Of a DNA stretch of 61,059 bases, positions 44,105 through 53,058 are shown one piece after another. The notes below the pieces were generated by a model. That model had not been told where the DNA came from, did not search any database, and saw nothing but the letters and a program-made list of their open reading frames with translations. Numbering within the stretch: position 1 is the first letter of the stretch; the number at the start of each line of letters is the position of its first letter. Origin of the DNA: an uncultured Bacilli bacterium. Its GTDB lineage: Bacteria > Bacillota_I > Bacilli_A > RF39 > UBA660. The DNA lies in contig CANRHC010000002.1 in NCBI GenBank assembly GCA_947630305.1, positions 1 to 61,059 on the forward strand. Direction: 5' to 3'. The translations under genes and the position numbers were made by a program.

Positions 44105-45549
44105 AACTTGCTCCTTTGTTTAGTAAGATTTTTTTTAGTTAACATTGGACTGCGATTTTCATCTTTAGTAATTTTAAATTTTAATAAATATTTATGTAAG
44201 TAATTTTTTTCATATGGAGCAATTGGAAAAAAATATGGTTTTCCAAGTGAAGTTATTTCAGTTACATAAACTAAAAAGTAAATAAAGGCAATTACTATTC
44301 CATAAAGGCCAAATAAAGTTGCTAAAACTAAAAATAAGAATCGCCATTGTCTTAAGGCATTTGTAACTTCTTGATCAGTAAAAATTAAACTAGTTATAAA
44401 AGTAAAAGCAATAATAATTATCATAATAGGTGAGACAATTCCTGCTGAAACAGCTGCTTCACCGATAATTAAAGCTCCTAAAATTGATATGGCACTTCCA
44501 TAAGAATTAGGAAAACGATAATCACTTTCTCTTAAAATTTCACAAACAATAAGCATTATGATAGCTTCAACAATAGTTGGAAAAGGTACTTCACTTCTTT
44601 GCATAGCAAAATTAACAAGTAAACTAGTTGGAATCGTTTCGGGATTAAAATTTAAAAGAGCAATATATATAGCTGGTATCATCATTGTAAAGAAAAAACA
44701 AGCAAATCTTAAAACTTTTAAAAAGTTAATATTTTTAGGAATACTATAATTATCAGAAGGGGGATTTATAAAGTCACCAAAGAAAGATGGTAAGATTAAA
44801 GCAAATGGTGAAGTATCAACTAAAATAACTATTTTACCTTCTAAAAGTGCAGTTGATACTAAATCTGGTCGTTCTGTTTTATAAACTGTTGGTAAATTAG
44901 AATTACTTTCTAAATGAAAATATTGAGCTAAACTTCCTGAGTCTGTAATTCCATCTATATCAATTCCATCAATAACTTTTAAAACTTGGGAAATGTTTTC
45001 TTTATCAGCAATATCATCAAAATATAAAATATTTAACATTGTTAAAGTTTTTCGACCTATAAATTTATTTACTGATTTTAAAGTATGACTTTTAATTCTT
45101 CTTTTTACTAAACCTAAATTTATTTGAATATTTTCGGTAAAAGCATCTTTTGGTCCATTAATTGCTTGTTCAGTAGTAGGTTCAGTTACACTCCTATTAA
45201 TATCAGCTTTAGTTTCTAAAGCTAAAACTGTATTTTTTTCAATTACAATTGTAAAACCATTTGTTAAATAAAATTCAATTTGATCTAATTTTTTAATAAC
45301 AATTGTATGAGGTGATGGAATTAAACTTTTAATATCATTTAATTTTCTTTTTTTAAAAAGTGTTAATAAAGAAAGATTTTTTAAAATATAATCATTTACT
45401 TTATCTGATCCAGTTACACTTTCTAAATAAACAACATAGATTGTTTTTAAAGGACTAATTTTAATTTCTTTTATAATTAAATCAACATTTTCATTAAATT
45501 CTTCTTGGATTCTTTTAATAATTTTATTTTTCATAAAGTAATTCACCAT
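44101..45549 (-). CDS. spore germination protein, GerAA-type subunit
   Basis: GerA-family soluble N-domain plus 5 C-terminal TM helices (...PTIVEAIIMLIVCEILRE...). An alternative start is ATG 45534, after GGTGA. Confidence 0.8.
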   Translation of the reverse strand: MVNYFMKNKIIKRIQEEFNENVDLIIKEIKISPLKTIYVVYLESVTGSDKVNDYILKNLSLLTLFKKRKLNDIKSLIPSPHTIVIKKLDQIEFYLTNGFTIVIEKNTVLALETKADINRSVTEPTTEQAINGPKDAFTENIQINLGLVKRRIKSHTLKSVNKFIGRKTLTMLNILYFDDIADKENISQVLKVIDGIDIDGITDSGSLAQYFHLESNSNLPTVYKTERPDLVSTALLEGKIVILVDTSPFALILPSFFGDFINPPSDNYSIPKNINFLKVLRFACFFFTMMIPAIYIALLNFNPETIPTSLLVNFAMQRSEVPFPTIVEAIIMLIVCEILRESDYRFPNSYGSAISILGALIIGEAAVSAGIVSPIMIIIIAFTFITSLIFTDQEVTNALRQWRFLFLVLATLFGLYGIVIAFIYFLVYVTEITSLGKPYFFPIAPYEKNYLHKYLLKFKITKDENRSPMLTKKNLTKQRSKL

Positions 45550-45643
45550 TTATAGTATGAAACAAAATAAAATATTTTAAACCATAATATGTTGGATAAA
45601 ATTTAAAAAAATGATATGATTAGTTTGCAAAGGAAAAAAAGTT

Positions 45644-46837
45644 ATGGAATTAGAAATTATTGATATTGATGAATTAGGAAGAGGTTTAGCTAAAAATGAT
45701 GGTAAAGTTTGTTTTATAAATAAGGCTTTACCAAATGAAATAGTTAAAAGTAAAGTAGTAGTTAATAATAAGAAATATATGGAATGTAAAGTAGTTGAAA
45801 TTATTAAAAAAAGTAATAAAAGAATAAATTCATTTTGTCCATATTCAAATAATTGTGATGGTTGTTCTTTTGATATAACAACTTATGAAAATAGTTTAAA
45901 ATTAAAAGAACAAGCAATTATTGAAAGTTTTAAAAATGATATATCATTTTTTAAAATTGAGAGTAATCCTAAACATGTAGGTTATCGTAATAAAATTAGT
46001 TTAAAAGTTTTAAATGAACAAATTGGTTATTATGAAGAAAATACTCATAATTTTATTTCTATAAAAAGTTGTTCTTTAGCTAAAGAAAGTATTAATAATA
46101 TTATCAAAGATTTTAATTTATTTAAATTTAAAGAAGGTATGCTTACTATAAGAAGTAATTATAATGATGAAATATTACTGATTATAGATACTTTAGAAGA
46201 TTTAAATATTGCTAAAGAATTATTTTTAAAACATAAAATAGTAGGTATTATTAAAAATAATCAAGTTATTTATCAAGATTCATTTTTTTATGAAAGAAGA
46301 AATGGTTTACTTTATAAAGTTAGTTATGATGCTTTTTTTCAAATTAATGAGTTAGTTAGTGAAAAAATAGTTAAAGATATTATTAAAAATTTAACAAATA
46401 ATGATGTTGTTTTAGATTTATATTGTGGAGTTGGTTATTTTAGTTTACCAATGTCTTTAAAAGTTAAAGAAGTTGTAGGTATTGAAGTTGTTAAAAATGC
46501 GGTAGTAAATGCTACTTTAAATAAAAAATTAAATAATATTTCCAATGTTAATTTTATATTGGGTAAAGTAGAAGATAAGATAGATAAAATACCTTTAAAA
46601 TTTACTAAAGTTTTAGTAGATCCACCAAGAAGTGGTCTTGATAAAAAAACAATTAATTTTTTATTAGAAAAAGAAATACCTATGATTTTATATGTATCTT
46701 GTAATCCTAAAACTTTAAAAAATAATTTAAGTAAATTAAAAAGTAAATATAAAATAATTGATTTTAAAGGATATGATATGTTTTCATATACAAAACATAT
46801 TGAATGTTTATGCATTTTAAGTTTAAAAGAATGGTGA
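45644..46837 (+). CDS. 23S rRNA (uracil-C5)-methyltransferase, RlmD/RlmCD (TrmA family)
   Basis: N-terminal TRAM-like domain, Fe-S Cys cluster CPYSNNCDGCSF, AdoMet motif DLYCGVGYF, VDPPRSG, and catalytic SCNP. Confidence 0.8.
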   Translation: MELEIIDIDELGRGLAKNDGKVCFINKALPNEIVKSKVVVNNKKYMECKVVEIIKKSNKRINSFCPYSNNCDGCSFDITTYENSLKLKEQAIIESFKNDISFFKIESNPKHVGYRNKISLKVLNEQIGYYEENTHNFISIKSCSLAKESINNIIKDFNLFKFKEGMLTIRSNYNDEILLIIDTLEDLNIAKELFLKHKIVGIIKNNQVIYQDSFFYERRNGLLYKVSYDAFFQINELVSEKIVKDIIKNLTNNDVVLDLYCGVGYFSLPMSLKVKEVVGIEVVKNAVVNATLNKKLNNISNVNFILGKVEDKIDKIPLKFTKVLVDPPRSGLDKKTINFLLEKEIPMILYVSCNPKTLKNNLSKLKSKYKIIDFKGYDMFSYTKHIECLCILSLKEW

Positions 46838-47223
46838 TATTTGTGAAGAAAAAGATAATGATTTTCTTTTTGATTATATTTTTAGTTTTATTTTTATTAG
46901 CTTATTTTTTCTTTTGGCAAAGTAAAAGAGATTTTGGTAAAGAAGAAGTACAACAACAAATAGATATTAGAAACACTGATTCTAAGACTTTAATAAGGTA
47001 TAATTTAGGATTATATGCTATTGCTACTGATGATTATATTATTGAAGGTGATATTTTAGTTAATTATGGAACGATTTCTAAATTAACTGATGGTATTCCA
47101 ACAATTGATTTACAAACAAATGATAATAATTTTTTAAATGCTTCTATTGTTAGAGTTTCTTATGAAGAATTAGTTGTTAAAAATAAAGATTATTTTTATA
47201 AATTTTATCGTGTAGGTGATTAA
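46831..47223 (+). CDS. membrane-anchored hypothetical protein
   Basis: Single N-terminal TM (IMIFFLIIFLVLFLLAYFFF). Its start overlaps the stop of the preceding gene (ATGGTGA). Confidence 0.4.
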   Translation: MVIFVKKKIMIFFLIIFLVLFLLAYFFFWQSKRDFGKEEVQQQIDIRNTDSKTLIRYNLGLYAIATDDYIIEGDILVNYGTISKLTDGIPTIDLQTNDNNFLNASIVRVSYEELVVKNKDYFYKFYRVGD

Positions 47224-47225
47224 AG

Positions 47226-48704
47226 TTGAAAGAGTTATTAATACCGGTTGGTAGTTATGAAGCATTAGAATATGCTGTATATAATGGTTGTGATGCCGTT
47301 TATTTAGCTGGTAAAAAATATGGTGCTAGATCATATGCTAATAATTTTACTTTAGAAGAATTAAAAAATGCTGTTTCATTTTGCCATTTATATGATGTTA
47401 AAGTATATGTTGCTATAAATATTATGATTTTTGAAAGAGAATTTAAAGAAGTAATAAAATATATTTTGTATTTAAATTCAATTAATGTTGATGCTTTAAT
47501 TATTTCCGATTTAGGTTTAATTTCTTATCTTCATCAAAATTATCCAAAGATAGTTATTCATGCTTCAACTCAAGCTCATACTTTTAATATTAACCAAATT
47601 AAATTTTTAAAAGAATTAGGAGTTAAAAGAGTTGTAGTTGATAGGGAGTTATCAATTGAAGAAATAAATTGTTTTGAAAATATTATGGAAATTGAAGTAT
47701 TTATTCATGGAGCTTTATGTGTTTGTTATTCAGGTAATTGTTTAATGAGTTATTTAACTAAAAAAAGAAGTGGTAATCGTGGTTGCTGTGCTCAAAATTG
47801 TCGTTTGCCATATCAATTGAAACAAAATAATAAATTAGTAAATTTAAAAGATAAATATTTATTGTCAACTAAAGAATTAAATACTTCATATCATATTGAA
47901 GAACTTATGAAAAGTAATATTACTAGTTTTAAAGTTGAAGGAAGAATGAAAAGTCCTAGTTATGTTGGCTTTATTACTAATTTTTATCGAACTTTAATTG
48001 ATAATTATCAAAAATTTGGTAAAGTAATGATTAGTGAAGAAGATATAGAAAAATTAAAAGTAATTTATAATCGAGATTTTACAGATGGTTATTTGTTTAA
48101 TAATCAAAATATTTATAATATGAAAAGTCCTAACCATCAAGGCATAATATTGGGAAAAGTAATTGATTTTAATAAAAAAATAGTTAAAATTAAATTATTT
48201 AAAGATTTAAATCAAGAAGATGGAATAAGATTTGTTAATGAAAATTTAGGAATGATTGTTAATTTTTTATATGATGAAAAAGGTAAATTAATTAATAAAG
48301 CTTTTAAAAATGATATTGTTTTAATAGATAATAAATTAAAAATTGAATCTTTAGGTGAAGTAAGAAAAACAATTGATTATCAATTAGAAAAAACTTTGCA
48401 AAAAACTTTTAAAAGAACAATATTAATTGATGTTATTTTAAATATTACTTTAGATAATTTTATAATAACAGTTATTGATAATAAAAATAAAATTACCATG
48501 GAAAGAAAAATTTGTGAAAAAGCTTTAAAAGTTGTCACTAGTAAAGAAGAAATAATTAAGCAAATTAAAAAAACAGGTGATACACCTTTTACAATTGGAC
48601 AAATAAAAATTCTTTTAGAACCTAATTTATTTATCCCAATCAAAAAAATAAATGAAATTAGAAGAGATGTTTTAGAAAAATTAGAAAGTGTAAGAAGGAA
48701 ATGA
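47226..48704 (+). CDS. peptidase U32 family protein
   Basis: U32 signature region EVFIHGALCVCYSGNCLMS and RSGNRGCCAQNCR. Confidence 0.8.
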   Translation: MKELLIPVGSYEALEYAVYNGCDAVYLAGKKYGARSYANNFTLEELKNAVSFCHLYDVKVYVAINIMIFEREFKEVIKYILYLNSINVDALIISDLGLISYLHQNYPKIVIHASTQAHTFNINQIKFLKELGVKRVVVDRELSIEEINCFENIMEIEVFIHGALCVCYSGNCLMSYLTKKRSGNRGCCAQNCRLPYQLKQNNKLVNLKDKYLLSTKELNTSYHIEELMKSNITSFKVEGRMKSPSYVGFITNFYRTLIDNYQKFGKVMISEEDIEKLKVIYNRDFTDGYLFNNQNIYNMKSPNHQGIILGKVIDFNKKIVKIKLFKDLNQEDGIRFVNENLGMIVNFLYDEKGKLINKAFKNDIVLIDNKLKIESLGEVRKTIDYQLEKTLQKTFKRTILIDVILNITLDNFIITVIDNKNKITMERKICEKALKVVTSKEEIIKQIKKTGDTPFTIGQIKILLEPNLFIPIKKINEIRRDVLEKLESVRRK

Positions 48705-49318
48705 TAAGTGTTTTAATTAGAAATGAAGAACAATATAAAATAGTTAAAAATTATAATTTAGATTGTATTTATACTGATGATTTATCTTTAGCCAGAAAGT
48801 ATGATTTATATTATGAAGTTAAAAGAGTATATGATAAATTAGATAATTTACCAAATAAGTTATTAATAAATGATATTGGTTTATTAAATGAAGAGGATAA
48901 AGAAATCGTTACTAATTATTCTTTAAATGTTGCTAATATTAATACTATTTTGTTATTTCAAAAATATAATGTAAAAAAAATTACTTTATCAATAGAAGTA
49001 ACTTTAGAAGATTTAAGATTTATTGATTATCCAGTTGAAGTTATTATTTATGGTAAATTATTAGCGATGTTTGTTAAAAATCATCCTTTAATAAAAGATT
49101 CTAATTATGAATTAATAGATTATCAAAATAATAAATATCAAATAAAAGTTGATGAAGATGAACATCTTTTAATATATTATTCTAAACCTCTTAATAATCT
49201 TGATCAAATAAATGAGTATAAAAAGTTAGGTATTAAATATTTTAGATTAGATTTTTTAGATGAAAAACCAAAACAAATAAAAGAAATATTAGATTTATTA
49301 TTTACATTTGATAATTAA
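48701..49318 (+). CDS. U32-associated protein (second subunit-like)
   Basis: Translationally coupled to the U32 gene. A TIM-barrel-like pattern is inferred only weakly. Confidence 0.35.
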   Translation: MISVLIRNEEQYKIVKNYNLDCIYTDDLSLARKYDLYYEVKRVYDKLDNLPNKLLINDIGLLNEEDKEIVTNYSLNVANINTILLFQKYNVKKITLSIEVTLEDLRFIDYPVEVIIYGKLLAMFVKNHPLIKDSNYELIDYQNNKYQIKVDEDEHLLIYYSKPLNNLDQINEYKKLGIKYFRLDFLDEKPKQIKEILDLLFTFDN

Positions 49319-49330
49319 TTTTGTTATAAT
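49302..49330 (+). promoter_or_regulatory. sigma-A-type promoter
   Basis: TTACAT (49302-49307), 17 nt spacer, TATAAT (49325-49330), with TG at 49322-49323. Confidence 0.45.
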
Positions 49331-49359
49331 ACCAATTGTTTTTAAAAGGAGCAAGAATT

Positions 49360-50169
49360 ATGTTTTTAAATATTAATGAAGAAAAAATATTAAAAGAGAG
49401 AAAAACATTATTAGAAGAAGATGAACGAAAGAGTAAATTTTTTTATGAGTTATTTATTAATGGACAAGCTAATGATCAAGATTTTAGAGATATAGCAGGT
49501 AAATATACAAAATTAAAATATAGTAATTTAACTTTAGAGGCTCTTATTAACGATTTAAAAGTTTTAAATGAATGTGTTAAAAATAAGGCTATATTTGGTT
49601 TAAGTATATTTGAGGAAAATACTTATAATAAAGTTAAAAAATTATATCAAAGTGTTCGTAATGATGTAAATTATTTATGTGAAAATATTGATAGTATTAG
49701 TGATTTTAGAATGTATCATGAGAATGTTTTAGATGTAATAATGTATATGTCTAATGTTGATTTTACTTTGTATTTTAGTGTTCCTTCTGTAACTTTAAAT
49801 TCTATTAATATTTTAGAGGTTCAAGATTTAAAAAATCCTGGTGAGATTATTTTTCATTCTTTAGATGAAGATTTGGATTATAAAACTTTTATGAATAAGA
49901 TTGGGATTTATAGGGAATATAATTTTTTACTTACAATGGCTAAAATTAATCTTGCTAAGCAAAATAGTGAAGAAGATGATTATTTAAAAGAAAATCCCGC
50001 TCATATTATTGAACATAATCCATTAATATTAGAAAGTAATTTATTTGATCGAAAAACTTTACTTGAAGCTAAGAAGGTTATGTATGAACATGCTAAAAAT
50101 GCTTTAAGTAAAAAACAAGAAGAAGATTGTATAAAGGCTATTGTAAAAACTAATTTAGTTTTAAAGTAA
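49360..50169 (+). CDS. hypothetical cytoplasmic protein
   Basis: The ORF has RBS AAGGAG 8 nt upstream of ATG 49360. I recognise no motif. Confidence 0.4.
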   Translation: MFLNINEEKILKERKTLLEEDERKSKFFYELFINGQANDQDFRDIAGKYTKLKYSNLTLEALINDLKVLNECVKNKAIFGLSIFEENTYNKVKKLYQSVRNDVNYLCENIDSISDFRMYHENVLDVIMYMSNVDFTLYFSVPSVTLNSINILEVQDLKNPGEIIFHSLDEDLDYKTFMNKIGIYREYNFLLTMAKINLAKQNSEEDDYLKENPAHIIEHNPLILESNLFDRKTLLEAKKVMYEHAKNALSKKQEEDCIKAIVKTNLVLK

Positions 50170-50179
50170 AGATTGTTCT

Positions 50180-50208
50180 TTACAATTCTTATTTTCTTTT
50201 GCTATAAT
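50180..50208 (+). promoter_or_regulatory. sigma-A-type promoter of rpmG
   Basis: TTACAA (50180-50185), 17 nt spacer, TATAAT (50203-50208), with TG at 50200-50201. Confidence 0.5.
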
Positions 50209-50238
50209 ACATATAGTTTTGAGTGAGGAGGGATTATC

Positions 50239-50412
50239 ATGGCAAAAAATGAAAATAGACAATTTTTTGGATTAAAATGTTCACGTTGTGGAAAACAAAT
50301 TAGACCCACAAATAAAAATAAGAAGAATACTCCTGATAAGTTAGAAATTAAAAAGTATTGTCCAAATTGTAGAAGTGTTGTTGTTTTTAAAGAAACAAAA
50401 TTAGGAAAGTAA
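50239..50412 (+). CDS. rpmG: 50S ribosomal protein L33 (zinc-ribbon form); absent from the supplied ORF track
   Basis: MAKNENRQFFGLKCSRCGKQIRPTNKNKKNTPDKLEIKKYCPNCRSVVVFKETKLGK. It has the L33 pattern with CxxC...CxxC and KLEIKKYCP...KETK, and RBS GAGGAGGG. Confidence 0.85.
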   Translation: MAKNENRQFFGLKCSRCGKQIRPTNKNKKNTPDKLEIKKYCPNCRSVVVFKETKLGK

Positions 50413-50429
50413 GATAAGGGGGATATTAA

Positions 50430-50990
50430 ATGAATATAAATATTAATGATATTAAAAATGGAATGACTATTATTATTGATGGTAATCTTTGTCAAATTAT
50501 GGAATTTCAACATGTTAAACCTGGTAAAGGTTCTGCTTTTGTGCGAATTAAATTAAAGAATTTAAGAACTGGTGCTGTTGTTGAAAATTCTTATAATACC
50601 AATATTAAGATTGAAAGAGCAAGGGTTGAACATAATCCAATGCAATTTTTGTATACTGATGGTTCTAATTATGTTTTTATGAATACTGAAACTTATGATC
50701 AAGTAGAAGTTGCGGAAAGTAAATTAGAAAATGAAAAGAGATTTTTAAAGGAAGGTTTAGAAATTCAATTAGATTATTATGAAGGTGAATTGCTTGGAGT
50801 TACTTTACCTGAAAAAATTGAATTTGAAGTTATTGAAACTGAACCAGCTGTAAAAGGTAATACAGCTAATAATGCAATGAAAGATGCTAAGATTGAAACT
50901 GGTTATACTGTAAAAGTTCCATTATTTATTAATCAAGGTGAAAAAATTATAATTTCAACAAGTGATGGAAAATATTCATCAAGGGCATAG
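50430..50990 (+). CDS. efp: elongation factor P
   Basis: NDIKNGMTIIIDGNLCQIMEFQHVKPGKGSAFVRIKLKNLRTG is the canonical EF-P N-terminus. Confidence 0.95.
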   Translation: MNININDIKNGMTIIIDGNLCQIMEFQHVKPGKGSAFVRIKLKNLRTGAVVENSYNTNIKIERARVEHNPMQFLYTDGSNYVFMNTETYDQVEVAESKLENEKRFLKEGLEIQLDYYEGELLGVTLPEKIEFEVIETEPAVKGNTANNAMKDAKIETGYTVKVPLFINQGEKIIISTSDGKYSSRA

Positions 50991-50997
50991 AAGTTAC

Positions 50998-51026
50998 GTA
51001 TAAAGTTTTCTTTTTGTTTCATAATA
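50998..51026 (+). promoter_or_regulatory. forespore (SigG/SigF-type) promoter of gpr
   Basis: GTATA (50998-51002), 17 nt spacer, CATAATA (51020-51026). This fits the GHATR-N17/18-CAHWHTA consensus known for SigG regulon genes such as gpr. Confidence 0.5.
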
Positions 51027-51042
51027 TTATTGGTGAAGTAAG

Positions 51043-51777
51043 ATGAAACAAAATTTATTTATTGATGCAGCTATGTCGATTGAAAAAAAATATTTACTTG
51101 AAAGTCGTAAAGAAAGAAATGTTTTAATTAAGCATTATTATGTTAAAGATGAATTTGTTCATAAGTTAAAACATGATAAAGGTGATTATTTTAATGTTTC
51201 TTTTGATGATGTTATTTTGTATCAAGAGGTTAAATCATTACAAAAGATTGTTAGTAAGATATTAAGAATATTTTTAAAAAAGTATCATAAAAATGGACCT
51301 ATTTTAATTTTAGGATTAGGTAATTCTAGTATTATGGGTGATTCTTTTGGGGTTAAATCTGTTAGTAAAATGATTGCTACTAATCATTATAATGATATTT
51401 ATACGATTCCTAAAGTAGCTTTATTTACTCCAGAAACAACTAATAAAACTGGTATTTCTTCATTTAAACTGATTTCAATGGTTGTAAATGATTTAAAACC
51501 AGATTTAATTATTTTAATTGATTCTTTAGTTACGGAAAATATTAATTATGTTAATCGTACTTTAGAGATTAATGATTGTGGAATAGTATATGCTGATGCT
51601 TTAAAAGATAATAAATGTATTAATCGTAAAACTTTTGGTATTCCTGTTTTATCTATTGGGTATCCCACTTTATGGAATTGTAAAAAAGCATACTATTCTA
51701 AATTAAATTTAGAAGAAGATTTAAATATTATTAGTAGTATGATAGCTGATGTAATAAATCAAATTATAATGTCTTAA
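51043..51777 (+). CDS. gpr: germination protease (peptidase A25), compact form
   Basis: ILILGLGNSSIMGDSFG, LIILIDSLVTENINYVNRTLEINDCGI and FGIPVLSIGYPTL align with Gpr core blocks. Conserved gpr-spoIIP-lepA context. Confidence 0.75.
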   Translation: MKQNLFIDAAMSIEKKYLLESRKERNVLIKHYYVKDEFVHKLKHDKGDYFNVSFDDVILYQEVKSLQKIVSKILRIFLKKYHKNGPILILGLGNSSIMGDSFGVKSVSKMIATNHYNDIYTIPKVALFTPETTNKTGISSFKLISMVVNDLKPDLIILIDSLVTENINYVNRTLEINDCGIVYADALKDNKCINRKTFGIPVLSIGYPTLWNCKKAYYSKLNLEEDLNIISSMIADVINQIIMS

Positions 51778-51818
51778 AACGACATTTTTTTATTATCTTT
51801 TATAATATAATAAATTGG

Positions 51819-52700
51819 GTGAAGATAATGAAAAGATTTAAAAGTAAAAATAGAAAATCATTTAAATTAAAATTTATTATTTTTATAATTCTTTTTTCTT
51901 TAAGTTTTTGTTATGTGTTTTCTTATTTTGTTGATCCTAATGTTTTATTAGATAAAATTAAAGATAGATATTTTAGTAATAATGATATTATAACTTATTA
52001 TATAAATGATTTATTTGGTAGTTTAAAAGAGGATAATGGTCTTGGAAAAACTGAATATATTCCTGATCCTACTCCAAAAGAGAATAAAGAAAGTCCAATT
52101 GTTTATTTATATAATTCCCATCAAACTGAAGAATATTATGTTGATTTGTTAATGGAACATGATATTATGCCAAGTGTTATGACTGCTAGTTATATTTTAA
52201 GGGAAAAGTTAAATAATTTAAAAATAAATACGATGGTAGAAACTACTAATATTAAAAATGTGATTGAAAATAATAATTGGAATTATACTGATAGTTATAA
52301 AGCTAGTCGTATTTTATTGCAACAAGCTAAAATTAATTATCCTTCTTTAACTACTTTTATTGATTTGCATCGTGATTCTATACCTTATGAAAGTTCTATT
52401 TTAAAAACTGATGATGGCATATATGCTAAGGTTTTATTTGTTATTGGAACTGATTATGAAGGTTATAAAGATAATGAATCGTTAGCTTTAAAAATAAGTG
52501 ATGAGATGAATAATTTTGTTCCAGGTATATCTAAAGGGATTATAGAAAAAGGTGGATTAGGAAATAATGGTGTTTATAATCAAGATTTTAATACTAATAC
52601 TATCTTAATTGAGATAGGTTCATCATATAATTATATAACTGAAATAAGTGCAACATTGGATATTTTAGCAAATAGTTTAGCTAAGGTATTGGGTGGTTAA
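51819..52700 (+). CDS. spoIIP: stage II sporulation protein P
   Basis: N-terminal TM, IVYLYNSHQTEEY, IDLHRDS, and LIEIGS motifs of SpoIIP amidases. Confidence 0.8.
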   Translation: MKIMKRFKSKNRKSFKLKFIIFIILFSLSFCYVFSYFVDPNVLLDKIKDRYFSNNDIITYYINDLFGSLKEDNGLGKTEYIPDPTPKENKESPIVYLYNSHQTEEYYVDLLMEHDIMPSVMTASYILREKLNNLKINTMVETTNIKNVIENNNWNYTDSYKASRILLQQAKINYPSLTTFIDLHRDSIPYESSILKTDDGIYAKVLFVIGTDYEGYKDNESLALKISDEMNNFVPGISKGIIEKGGLGNNGVYNQDFNTNTILIEIGSSYNYITEISATLDILANSLAKVLGG

Positions 52701-53030
52701 ATGGAAAAGAAAAAGAAAAATAATTGGTTTTTAAAATTAATTGGGGTTTTATTTGTTATTTATTTATCATTAACTATTGCAATTAATACTGGTTATTATG
52801 AAGCAAAAGTTAATGAAAAAACGATTATTACTGAAGAAAATATGAAAAAGTTTGAGGAAGATGTTAAAAATGGTAAAGAAATTGATATTAATGATTATAT
52901 AGGTGAAACGGTTAAAGATTATTCAAGTAATACAAGTAAAGCGGGGATTAAATTAGCTAAGGTTGTAGAAAAATTTATGGCTGAAGGAATTACTGATATG
53001 GTTGATATATTAAAAAAATTATTTACTTAA
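52701..53030 (+). CDS. YqxA-like small membrane protein
   Basis: 109 aa with one TM. It occupies the position between spoIIP and lepA, as yqxA does in B. subtilis. Confidence 0.45.
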   Translation: MEKKKKNNWFLKLIGVLFVIYLSLTIAINTGYYEAKVNEKTIITEENMKKFEEDVKNGKEIDINDYIGETVKDYSSNTSKAGIKLAKVVEKFMAEGITDMVDILKKLFT

Positions 53031-53058
53031 ATTTAATTTTTTGTATAATAATTTATAG

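Noticed and set aside
45550-45643. SigG-type promoter for the gerA-like operon (CATACTA on the minus strand, plus-strand 45553-45559).
   Set aside because: There is no GHATR element at 17-18 nt, and the box lies only 4 nt from the ATG at 45549. Transcription from it would cut into the RBS of either candidate start.
50202-50513. 103-aa minus-strand ORF from the track.
   Set aside because: It is antisense to rpmG and to the efp start, has no RBS, and its low-complexity sequence is typical of shadow ORFs in AT-rich DNA.
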